This document shows, piece by piece, positions 55,878-64,000 of a stretch of 64,000 nucleotides of DNA. Below the pieces are notes generated by a model, which was not told where the DNA came from, made no database searches, and saw only the letters and a program-made list of their open reading frames with translations. Position 1 is the first letter of the stretch, and every line of letters starts with the position of its first letter. The translations under genes were made by a program, and so were the position numbers. The stretch is from a virus. The stretch lies in IMG/VR virus record IMGVR_UViG_3300034520_000378, one strand, 5' to 3'.

Positions 55878-57068
55878 GTGAATCTGGCGCAGCTGAAAGA
55901 CGAGGTCAAGAACCGGGTAGACATTGTAAAGCTTATAGGCGAGACGGTAGAGCTGAAACGAATGGGCAGCCTTTACGTGGGAATATGTCCTTTCCCGCAC
56001 GGCTACAAGAGCGGCAGGCCGGTTTATGACAGTAAGCCGAGCCTTACCGTGTATCCCGAGCAGCAGACGTACTACTGCTACGGTTGCGGTGCCGGTGACG
56101 GCGTGAGCGTACATGGCGGAGCAAGTGACGTGATAGGCTGGGTACAAAACCTGCACGGCGTGGACTTCAAAACAGCGCTGTATTTCCTTGCCGACTATGC
56201 TGGCATCTCCTGTTCCCCTCTTGAACCTACAGACAAAGAAGACGTCATTGCCAGGCTGCAGGACGTTACGCGCCGCGATCTGGGGTACCGGCAGAACCTG
56301 CTGTCAAGCAAAGAGGCTCTTGGCTATCTTACAAGTCGCGGTATTGATGAGGAGCTGATACACTACGGCAGGCTTGGGCTTGTACTCAATACCGGCAGTT
56401 CGCTCCTGGATGGCCGTCTATCCTTTGGGATTGCTTCAATCTCCTATCCGGAATATACAGCTGGCATGGCCTATCGGTCTTTGGACGGTTCGCTCCCGAA
56501 GTACATCAACGACAGGCTGAATCCGTCCTTTAACCGTCGCAGCTCCCTTTATCTGTTCGCACAAAACCTGCCAGATATAAAGGCACTGCGTAGAGTCGTC
56601 ATTGTAGAAGGCTACTTTGATGCTCTGGTGCTCTACAAGTCTGGTGTCAAAAACGTATGTTCCTCACTTGGTACGATGGTGACGCAGGAGCAGGTGTCAA
56701 TTATAAGCCGCTATGCTAAAGAGGTAGTAATATGGTTTGACGGAGACTATGCAGGCACGCAGGCAGCGCTCAGAGCTATTCCTCTATTCCTGAAAGCGGG
56801 TGTAAAGCCGTACGTCATCAACATTCCGGGGCTTGACCCGGACACTTTCGCTCTGTCATATCAGGACGATGTTACGCAGTTCATTGAATCAGAGAAACAG
56901 TATGCCCTTGACTGGGTGGTACAGCTGGCTGCAAAGGAATATGCGGCGGTAGTTGAGGAGAAACTACGTATTATGAGGATGCTCAACCCGGTGCTACAGA
57001 GCATTCAGGATCCTGTAGAGTTTTCGGTGTATGACAGGAAGATAAGGACTGTTCTTGAAACAGCTTGA
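55878..57068 (+). CDS. dnaG: DNA primase
   Basis: CPFPH...CYGC Zn domain, PKYIN, VEGYFD, FDGDYAG, DPD. Confidence 0.93.
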   Translation: MNLAQLKDEVKNRVDIVKLIGETVELKRMGSLYVGICPFPHGYKSGRPVYDSKPSLTVYPEQQTYYCYGCGAGDGVSVHGGASDVIGWVQNLHGVDFKTALYFLADYAGISCSPLEPTDKEDVIARLQDVTRRDLGYRQNLLSSKEALGYLTSRGIDEELIHYGRLGLVLNTGSSLLDGRLSFGIASISYPEYTAGMAYRSLDGSLPKYINDRLNPSFNRRSSLYLFAQNLPDIKALRRVVIVEGYFDALVLYKSGVKNVCSSLGTMVTQEQVSIISRYAKEVVIWFDGDYAGTQAALRAIPLFLKAGVKPYVINIPGLDPDTFALSYQDDVTQFIESEKQYALDWVVQLAAKEYAAVVEEKLRIMRMLNPVLQSIQDPVEFSVYDRKIRTVLETA

Positions 57069-57093
57069 CTCTGTGTTTCTTAAGTGGTATAAT
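57065..57093 (+). promoter_or_regulatory. sigmaA-like promoter
   Basis: TTGACT-17-TATAAT with TG extension. Confidence 0.75.
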
Positions 57094-57192
57094 ACAAGCG
57101 ATGGTTGTAGCTATACAGCACTATGATGTTAAAAGCAGACACTATACTAGAAAGGAGGCTTAACCGCTATTAACAGATAGGAGGTTAGAACT

Positions 57193-57717
57193 ATGAGCAG
57201 GGGTGTTGTCAAAAGCCTAGCCGCAAGCACTACCTCTATGACGATTCTAGAGGCGCTGCGGCAAAACAGCATTAACGGCAAGGTAAAGATGTCGGTGCGG
57301 GACCTATCCCAGATTACGGGGCACTCACATTCAACTATCCACCGTGCACTGCAGCGACTGCGCTTTGAGGGATGGATAGACATTATTCCCTCGGACAAGG
57401 TAAACGAACCCGATACCATCGTTATCAAGCGCAAGCCTGACACAGTCCAGTCTTTGACGGAAAAGCTGACGCACGTCATGCAGCAGATGGAAGCTAACAT
57501 GGAAGAGGCGCTGTCTATTATTCCAGTTCTGTACCAGGCCGTCTCGGCCTCAAAGACACGTTCCTCAGACGAAGTGCTATCCATTCTACGCGATGCCGTT
57601 GCCAGCTGCAGTATACTCCCCGGTAACTTATGCAGTGTCGTCTTTGACCTCTCCAAACTGCCACCAGATGTTGCGCGCTACATCTCCTCTTTAGGAAGGA
57701 CTGATGATAACGACTAA
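57193..57717 (+). CDS. winged-HTH DNA-binding protein
   Basis: SVRDLSQITGHSHSTIHRALQRLRFEGWI. Confidence 0.75.
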   Translation: MSRGVVKSLAASTTSMTILEALRQNSINGKVKMSVRDLSQITGHSHSTIHRALQRLRFEGWIDIIPSDKVNEPDTIVIKRKPDTVQSLTEKLTHVMQQMEANMEEALSIIPVLYQAVSASKTRSSDEVLSILRDAVASCSILPGNLCSVVFDLSKLPPDVARYISSLGRTDDND

Positions 57718-57731
57718 AGGGGGAGTAATAG

Positions 57732-58241
57732 GTGATAGTGGATCTGGAGTACGAGACATTTTCACATCTCTTACACTGTGATATGCGCATCACACGCTGT
57801 TCCAACTATATTAATGCCCTGGTGTCCAACCTCATCAGGTACTCTGGTGAGATGGAAGAACTGCTGGACACCAGGTTGTACGTAAGGGACTATTTTTCGC
57901 AAGTGATCAGGTTGCTGCCGTATCATGTGTCGCTGGCAGATGCCATCTCTAAACACTCCCATGATATCCTTATGCCAGACCTCATCTATGCATCACCCGA
58001 GGCTCTGCCAGGGCTCAATATTCTAACTGACATATTCCCCTTTGTTGAGTACAAGCTTTTCAGGTCCATCTACGATATGGAAAAGGAGGTGCTGCGTCTC
58101 AATGGAAAAGAACTGGGAGTACAAGGTTCAGGAGATAACCTCTCAGATCGAGTCCTTGTACATACCTTCCGACCCATCCCCATCGACATTGATTGCGCTG
58201 CAGAGCAATTTAGACAGGTTGCAAACATCACTCAGCCTTGA
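57732..58241 (+). CDS. hypothetical protein
   Basis: RBS; overlaps the next ORF. Confidence 0.45.
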   Translation: MIVDLEYETFSHLLHCDMRITRCSNYINALVSNLIRYSGEMEELLDTRLYVRDYFSQVIRLLPYHVSLADAISKHSHDILMPDLIYASPEALPGLNILTDIFPFVEYKLFRSIYDMEKEVLRLNGKELGVQGSGDNLSDRVLVHTFRPIPIDIDCAAEQFRQVANITQP

Positions 58242-58581
58242 GCACACGCTGCTCAAGGCTGAGCTGTCTTCACTGAAAGAACAGCTCAAGGTCCGGTCCA
58301 AGATTCTCTACCTTGAGGTTAAAGACCAGGCAAAGACCGAGAAAGAACGCGAGGCACTCGTCTGCAAGAGATTGATGGAAGACTTCAGGTACGGCGAATA
58401 CGACGTGTTCACCGCCGTCAGTATTCTTGAAGGCCAGGTTGCATTCCTAGAGACTGCACTTTCGCTTATATCGTCCAAGACCCAGAGGCTGATCAATATA
58501 CTCGGCTCTTTGAAGCTTGAGCAGGCTATCATCTCCACCGAGCCAGTTGTTTCTGCTCATGTCTCAAGACGCACCGCATGA
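58102..58581 (+). CDS. coiled-coil protein (possible recombination mediator)
   Basis: AAGGAGG RBS; KTEKEREA. Confidence 0.55.
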   Translation: MEKNWEYKVQEITSQIESLYIPSDPSPSTLIALQSNLDRLQTSLSLEHTLLKAELSSLKEQLKVRSKILYLEVKDQAKTEKEREALVCKRLMEDFRYGEYDVFTAVSILEGQVAFLETALSLISSKTQRLINILGSLKLEQAIISTEPVVSAHVSRRTA

Positions 58582-59048
58582 GGTGTTTGCTCATGAACTG
58601 CGAAGGATGTATAAACACCGACAAGTGTTACCGGTGCAAAGACGGCAGCTTGTATAAGACGGAGAAGAAGCGTGCTCCGCTTAAGAAAGTGTCGCCCAAC
58701 AAGTCCTCGACTCCGTGGCGGAAGCTGGAGCATCAGGTAGCGTCAGCGCTGGCTGCGTGCGGCCACGAGGCCAAGCTGCAGCCGGCGTCGGGCAGCAAAT
58801 GGTACGCTCCCGGCGACGTCATATCATCTGACTTCCTTGTTGAATGCAAGTCTCATCCCGTCTCGGCACGCGGTGAGAAATACCACACAATAACCAAGGA
58901 GCAGCTCAAGAAGATTGAAGATGAGGCGGCAGTCAGCGGCCGCATTCCGATATATGCGTTCCAATTCAAAGGTGACACCGATGTTTACGTCGTCATGAAG
59001 ATGGACGTACTAGAAGAGATTCTGCAGGCTACCCGGAAGGGTATATAA
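58578..59048 (+). CDS. Holliday junction resolvase-like PD-(D/E)xK nuclease
   Basis: LEHQVA, QPASGS, GDV, LVECK. Confidence 0.75.
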   Translation: MRCLLMNCEGCINTDKCYRCKDGSLYKTEKKRAPLKKVSPNKSSTPWRKLEHQVASALAACGHEAKLQPASGSKWYAPGDVISSDFLVECKSHPVSARGEKYHTITKEQLKKIEDEAAVSGRIPIYAFQFKGDTDVYVVMKMDVLEEILQATRKGI

Positions 59049-59106
59049 TTTTATGCCCATGTGTCCCGTATAGGAGACAAAGTATCACAACAAGGAGGAC
59101 GGCGCT

Positions 59107-60936
59107 ATGCTTACAACCCGGACATTTGAAGAGGACTTAGCAAGAGAGCTTGTAGACTCATACCTTACGGAGCGTGACTGGAGGGTCAAGGAGAACGCCA
59201 ACTCTACCTTTTCTCTTCAGTCTCTTAACCATTATCTTGCCTCAAGGCTGATTGCAACTTACTGGCTGAGCGAGGTATACCCAAGAGATATTGCGGACGC
59301 TCACAGGAATGGTGATTTTCACATCCACGATCTGGGTTCTTTGTCGAGTTATTGCTGTGGGTGGGACCTGTATCAGCTGCTGGAGGAAGGGTTCAGGGGC
59401 TCGACGATTGGAGCTATCAGCGACCCACCCAAGCACTTCAGGACTGCCCTCGGACAGATAGTCAACTTCTTCTACACTCTGCAGGGCGAGGCAGCGGGAG
59501 CGCAGGCTTTTGCTTCGTTTGATACCTACCTCGCTCCGTTCGTGAGGGCTGACAAGCTAACGTACGAAGGGGTCAAGCAGGCGCTCCAGGAGTTTCTGTT
59601 CAACATGAACGTGCCGACCCGCGCTTCGTCGCAGGTGCCATTCACGAACATTACGCTGGACCTTAAGCCCTCCCCTGCCCTTGCTGATCTCCCAGCTCTT
59701 GTGGGTGGCAAGCCGTACGGCTACTACGGCGAGTTCCAGAAAGAGATGGACATGATAAACATGGCCCTTGCGGAGTTCATGCTGGAAGGTGATGCGCTTG
59801 GCCGTGGCTTCACATTCCCAATCCCCACGTACAACGTCACTCCGGACTTTGACCCATCCAACCCGGTCATACGCAAGGTGTTCGAGCTTACCGCCAAGTT
59901 CGGGAGTCCGTATTTTGCCAACTTCATATCCTCCGACATGAAGCCTGAGGATGTCAGATCGCTATGTTGCAGACTTCGCCTTGATCTGACAGAGCTTAAG
60001 AAGAAAGGCGGCGGGCTGTTTGGAGCAAACCCCATGACCGGTTCCATTGGAGTCGTAACAATCAATCTGCCGCGTCTTGGTTACCTCTCGAGGACCCGCG
60101 AGGAATACTTCCAGCGCCTTGGCGAGCTAGTAGACCTTGCGGTAGAGTCCCTCAACATCAAGCGTGCCAAGGTTGAAGAGCTTACAGAAAGAGGTTTGTA
60201 TCCGTACTCAAAGCACTACCTCAAGCATGTCAAAGAGGCCCGCAGCTCATACTGGGCAAACCATTTCGGTACTGTTGGAATCATTGGAATGAACGAAGCG
60301 TGCCTCAATCTACTGGGAGTTGATATAGCCCATCCGGACGGTTATCAGCTTGCGAAAGATACTCTCCTCTTCATCCGCGAGCGTCTTGTGGAGTATCAGA
60401 AGAAGTACGGCCTAATGTACAACCTTGAGGCCACACCTGCTGAAGGTACGTCCTACAGGTTTGCGCGCATAGACAAGAGGATGTATCCTGATATCATAGT
60501 TGCCAATGAGGAGGCTTACAGGAACGGCGCGGAGCCATATTACACTAACTCTACAATGCTTCCTGTGGGCTACACGGATGACGTGATTGAGCTTCTTGAG
60601 CATCAGTCACCGCTGCAGTCGCTCTACACGGGCGGTACGGTATTCCATATGTTCATCGGCGAGCGACAGCCGGATCCCGAGGCGTGCGCGTCGCTCATAC
60701 TCCGTGTATTCTCCAACTATACCCTGCCCTATATGTCCATAACACCGACGTATTCGGTATGTCCCGACCATGGCTATATATTCGGGGAGCATGAAGTATG
60801 CCCGACCTGCGGCGCAGAATGCGAGGTCTACTCAAGAATTGTAGGGTATATAAGGCCGGTCAAAAACTGGAACCCTGGGAAGAAGGCAGAATTCAGAGAC
60901 CGTGCCCTGTTTGACAGGGCGTTTTCATCCATCTAA
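59107..60936 (+). CDS. nrdD: anaerobic ribonucleoside-triphosphate reductase
   Basis: VKENAN, HIHDL, SLCCRL, EATPAEG, YTGGT, CPDH...CPTC, YSRIVGY. Confidence 0.95.
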   Translation: MLTTRTFEEDLARELVDSYLTERDWRVKENANSTFSLQSLNHYLASRLIATYWLSEVYPRDIADAHRNGDFHIHDLGSLSSYCCGWDLYQLLEEGFRGSTIGAISDPPKHFRTALGQIVNFFYTLQGEAAGAQAFASFDTYLAPFVRADKLTYEGVKQALQEFLFNMNVPTRASSQVPFTNITLDLKPSPALADLPALVGGKPYGYYGEFQKEMDMINMALAEFMLEGDALGRGFTFPIPTYNVTPDFDPSNPVIRKVFELTAKFGSPYFANFISSDMKPEDVRSLCCRLRLDLTELKKKGGGLFGANPMTGSIGVVTINLPRLGYLSRTREEYFQRLGELVDLAVESLNIKRAKVEELTERGLYPYSKHYLKHVKEARSSYWANHFGTVGIIGMNEACLNLLGVDIAHPDGYQLAKDTLLFIRERLVEYQKKYGLMYNLEATPAEGTSYRFARIDKRMYPDIIVANEEAYRNGAEPYYTNSTMLPVGYTDDVIELLEHQSPLQSLYTGGTVFHMFIGERQPDPEACASLILRVFSNYTLPYMSITPTYSVCPDHGYIFGEHEVCPTCGAECEVYSRIVGYIRPVKNWNPGKKAEFRDRALFDRAFSSI

Positions 60937-60967
60937 TTAAGCTATTTCAGTATCCAGGCGGAGCCGA

Positions 60968-61228
60968 ATGATATCGGCGATGAAGCCGTTCTTCCTCTGT
61001 GGCGTCAATCGTAACAACATTGCACCTCATAGGCGCTGTTGGGAACTGCATTATGGTGGCAACCGCCAGGTTGGCAGCATTCTCGACTGGCTCTACAAGG
61101 ACAGCACGCCAGAAATACGGCTGGACAGGAAGTATGATTTGTATTTGCAGTTTAAAGAGGACACAGGTAAGCAAGCAGAGTTCAAAGACCGCGCCTTATT
61201 CGATAAAGCATTTGCGGGAGTGTGTTGA
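60968..61228 (+). pseudogene. LAGLIDADG endonuclease C-terminal remnant fused to a duplicate nrdD C-terminus
   Basis: YGGNRQV..ILDWLYKDS...LDRKY, then GKQAEFKDRALFDKAF. Confidence 0.7.
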
Positions 61229-61230
61229 CG

Positions 61231-61848
61231 ATGTTACCTCCAGTAGCTGGTTTTGTGAAGCTTTCGCTATGCGACTGGCCGGGGCATGTGGCGGCCGTGG
61301 CATTTCTGCAGGGCTGCAATTTCCGCTGCCAGTGGTGCCACAACCCGGAATTGGTATATCCAAAGCTCTTCCCTATTCCGCTGCCGGATGACGAGGTAGA
61401 GCGCTTTATATCCTCGCTGTCTCCGAAAGTGTATGACGGGGTGGTGGTATCGGGCGGCGAGCCCACCGTCCACCATACCCTCCCCAATCTCCTTCTATTA
61501 GTCAAACAGAAAGGGATGAAGGTCAGGCTTGATACCAACGGGTATAACCCAGACCTGCTCGAACGGCTCATAGCCGAATCCCTCGTGGATGAAGTGGCTA
61601 TGGACTACAAACTGCCGCTTGATATGTACCACATGGTTGGGTACAGTGATTTTGATGCTGTGCGAAAGTCAATGGAGCTTATTGCAGAGCGCGGCAATGG
61701 CTATCTCAGGACAACCCTGGTGCCATGGCTGCACACTGATGAAGTAATCAACCGTATGCAAGATGAGTTTCAGCGCATCACCAAAGGGCGACTGGAGTGG
61801 GTTTTCCAGGAGTATCGTAAACCTGAGAAATCCCATCTGCTGCTTTGA
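61231..61848 (+). CDS. nrdG: anaerobic RNR activating protein (radical SAM)
   Basis: GCNFRCQWCHNP, SGGEPT, LDTNG. Confidence 0.92.
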   Translation: MLPPVAGFVKLSLCDWPGHVAAVAFLQGCNFRCQWCHNPELVYPKLFPIPLPDDEVERFISSLSPKVYDGVVVSGGEPTVHHTLPNLLLLVKQKGMKVRLDTNGYNPDLLERLIAESLVDEVAMDYKLPLDMYHMVGYSDFDAVRKSMELIAERGNGYLRTTLVPWLHTDEVINRMQDEFQRITKGRLEWVFQEYRKPEKSHLLL

Positions 61849-61864
61849 AAGGAGGAGCGATTTG

Positions 61865-62779
61865 ATGATAACTGCCGAACAGATACTTGAGGACAAGGAC
61901 CTAAGGGAAAAACTGATTAATCGGCTTGAGGTGCTAGACAAAGTTAAACAGGTCGTGACAATGCCAAACACGGATCTGCTAACAGTAGAACAAGTGGCTG
62001 ATTATTACGAAGCGGATGTCAAAGCAATAGATGCTATTACGTATCGCCATTATGATGAGTTAGCAGAAGATGGCTATAAGACGTATCTGAGGAGTGAGCT
62101 GGTACAACTTTTAAACCTGCAAGATGCAGATTTAAAAACCCTTCGTGGCAGAACCATCGCTACCATTGATAACCAAACTATTGTCATTCCCAACCGCGGC
62201 CTCCGTCTCTTCACCCGCCGTGCACTGCTACGCGTAGGCATGCTTCTGCGGGATTCCGAAGTAGCCAAGAGAGTCAGGACCTACTTACTCGACGTGGAGA
62301 ACCTTGCGACGACCGAACAGAAAATACAGGACATCCAAGAAGAGGACAGGCTGCTGCTGGCCGTCATTAAGGCTAAGACGCTGGATGAGCGGCTTGCGGC
62401 GATGAATGAGCTATACCAGTACATCGATCGCTACAAAGCACAGGTCGACTACCTGGTGAAGGAGAACAACCTCTTGGCTCGCGGCATTTCGTCCTGGCCT
62501 ACCAGGCAGGCCATTAATAAGCTTGTAAGAAAGCTGGCCTATTCAAGGTACGAGGGCAACTTTAAGGCTGCGTGGGAAAGGCTTTATGACGAGCTGCTGT
62601 ACAAGCACAATGTCAATGTCAGAGCAAGGATTAACCGCAAGGGCGGCCAAACCACGACACTTTTCGATGTTTTGTCAGACGACGAAGTGGTAAAGGCGTT
62701 CCAGTCGGCCCTTGTCCTGTGCAAGGAAGCGGAGATAGACGTCTCCGAGGTGCTTGCAAAGGTTGAGATTAGAGTTTAA
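61865..62779 (+). CDS. antirepressor-like DNA-binding protein
   Basis: LTVEQVADYY...RALLRVGMLLRDSEVAKRVR. Confidence 0.65.
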   Translation: MITAEQILEDKDLREKLINRLEVLDKVKQVVTMPNTDLLTVEQVADYYEADVKAIDAITYRHYDELAEDGYKTYLRSELVQLLNLQDADLKTLRGRTIATIDNQTIVIPNRGLRLFTRRALLRVGMLLRDSEVAKRVRTYLLDVENLATTEQKIQDIQEEDRLLLAVIKAKTLDERLAAMNELYQYIDRYKAQVDYLVKENNLLARGISSWPTRQAINKLVRKLAYSRYEGNFKAAWERLYDELLYKHNVNVRARINRKGGQTTTLFDVLSDDEVVKAFQSALVLCKEAEIDVSEVLAKVEIRV

Positions 62780-62814
62780 GCGTGGCTCGGAAAAGCTCTT
62801 GTGGAGGGATGCAG

Positions 62815-63027
62815 ATGTTCAGAAAGATCTGCCCGCACTGCAACCAGCCATCGTACAGTGCATGTATCGAAAAGGGCAGCTGGATTTGTGCGTACTGCGG
62901 GACCGACATAACGGATGCGCCCGCATCCGCAGACCTGCGGAAAACAGTAGCCGGGCCCCGCTCAAATCCCGATTCCGCTATCTCCTCGCCAACTGAAATC
63001 CAAGGCCAAAGGGGGAAGGACCGTTGA
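62815..63027 (+). CDS. small Zn-ribbon protein
   Basis: CPHC...WICAYC. Confidence 0.55.
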   Translation: MFRKICPHCNQPSYSACIEKGSWICAYCGTDITDAPASADLRKTVAGPRSNPDSAISSPTEIQGQRGKDR

Positions 63028-63365
63028 AGAAAGTATATGTTGCTCATCCATACCTAGGTCTTCCCGAGAATAGGGCGCGTGTAGAAGGAATCATCATTGG
63101 GCTTATGCAAGCGTACAAGGACACTGTATTCATCAGCCCAATACACACGTTCGGTTTCCTCTACAAGGTGCTCACGTACGAAGAAGGTATGAAGCTCTGT
63201 CTAGAGCTGCTCAAAATGTGCGACGAGCTGTGGTTGTGTCCCGGTTGGGAACAGAGTCGGGGCTGCCGGATAGAGAAAGAAACAGCCGAACAGTGCGGCA
63301 TTCCAATAAGGTACCTGAGCAAAGAGCTGACAGAAACTCGGGACGCCAGCTCAAGCGCGGCCTGA
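63024..63365 (+). CDS. DUF4406/nucleoside deoxyribosyltransferase-like protein
   Basis: VYVAHPY, CDELW, WEQSRGCRIE. Confidence 0.75.
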   Translation: MKKVYVAHPYLGLPENRARVEGIIIGLMQAYKDTVFISPIHTFGFLYKVLTYEEGMKLCLELLKMCDELWLCPGWEQSRGCRIEKETAEQCGIPIRYLSKELTETRDASSSAA

Positions 63366-63403
63366 TGAGAGCTCAGCTAGAACAACAACACGGCAAAGGA
63401 GGA

Positions 63404-64000
63404 ATGAGTTTGCAGATAGACAGAGCGCCGCAGTTTCAGATACTTGAGTCCTGCTATGCCATACTGAACGAGAGGTATAAGAAGCCACAGACCTGCTTTT
63501 CCGCCCTTCTCCAGTGGCTTGCACACAAGCTGCGCATCCAAGGCACACATGACTATCCCACTCCAACCCTTACGCTCGACATGGAAGCGAGACTGAACAG
63601 GACGCTCGACCTTGCTGTGTTGAAGCAGGACCAATGGGACTGGCTGGGCGAGCTCGCCGTGAAGCTCAACCTGCTTGATCACGTGCCCCACAGGCTGACG
63701 CTGGACGAGGCGGTGGCCTATGCGCAACAGCGCCTCTCGCGCCCGATACCGAAAACAGCTGTCGTCTTTGATCCAGCAGCCGGCACGGGCAGGCTTTTCT
63801 TCGGCATCATGCGCGCCGGTATAGAGTGCATCATGGCTGGCGCAGAGCCGTCTCCCAAGGCATATCGAATCCTGGTTGTCAACAAGCACCTGTACGATAT
63901 GCCAGCCTTTGTCGTCAGAGCCGAGCTGAAGGAACCATTTGCCTCCCCCGTCTGGAAGGAAGCCAATCTGTACAACCCACTGTTCAACTTCGACAGATGA
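63404..64000 (+). CDS. SAM-binding N6-methyltransferase-like protein, short or degenerate
   Basis: VFDPAAGTG motif I; YNPLF in place of NPPF just before the stop. Confidence 0.5.
   Translation: MSLQIDRAPQFQILESCYAILNERYKKPQTCFSALLQWLAHKLRIQGTHDYPTPTLTLDMEARLNRTLDLAVLKQDQWDWLGELAVKLNLLDHVPHRLTLDEAVAYAQQRLSRPIPKTAVVFDPAAGTGRLFFGIMRAGIECIMAGAEPSPKAYRILVVNKHLYDMPAFVVRAELKEPFASPVWKEANLYNPLFNFDR

Overview
This window looks like the early and DNA-replication half of a large phage or prophage-like genome from an anaerobic Firmicute (Bacillota). Nearly all genes are on the + strand with GGAGG RBSs and sigmaA-like promoters. It encodes an SNF2 helicase, two SSBs, RecA, a Sak4-like AAA ATPase, a MoxR AAA plus a VWA partner, ThyX, a dNMP kinase, dUTPase, NrdD/NrdG, DnaE, DnaG, UvrD, SbcCD, a resolvase, two HU proteins, GroES, a PAAR protein, an amidase and tRNA-Trp. 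The window is heavily invaded by selfish elements. (1) dnaE is split into 5 exons by four group I introns; I located all 8 splice junctions, and splicing restores a 1097-aa polymerase. One intron carries a LAGLIDADG gene. Another carries an antisense gene for a nuclease with four tandem helical repeats, whose RBS is buried in a hairpin. (2) A Gly1 class-3-type intein sits in the SNF2 Walker A motif. (3) There are two RNA-guided OMEGA elements, an IS607-like TnpB and an IscB. (4) A homing-endonuclease relic left a duplicated nrdD 3' end. Other unexplained structure: an 18-bp palindromic operator (TGTCTC-N6-GAGACA) at about nine promoters, two dispersed non-coding elements bounded by TGGAACGAACCA inverted repeats, and an interleaved array of two paralog families at 28.6-33.6 kb. 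All calls come from motif recognition by eye; no database searches were run.
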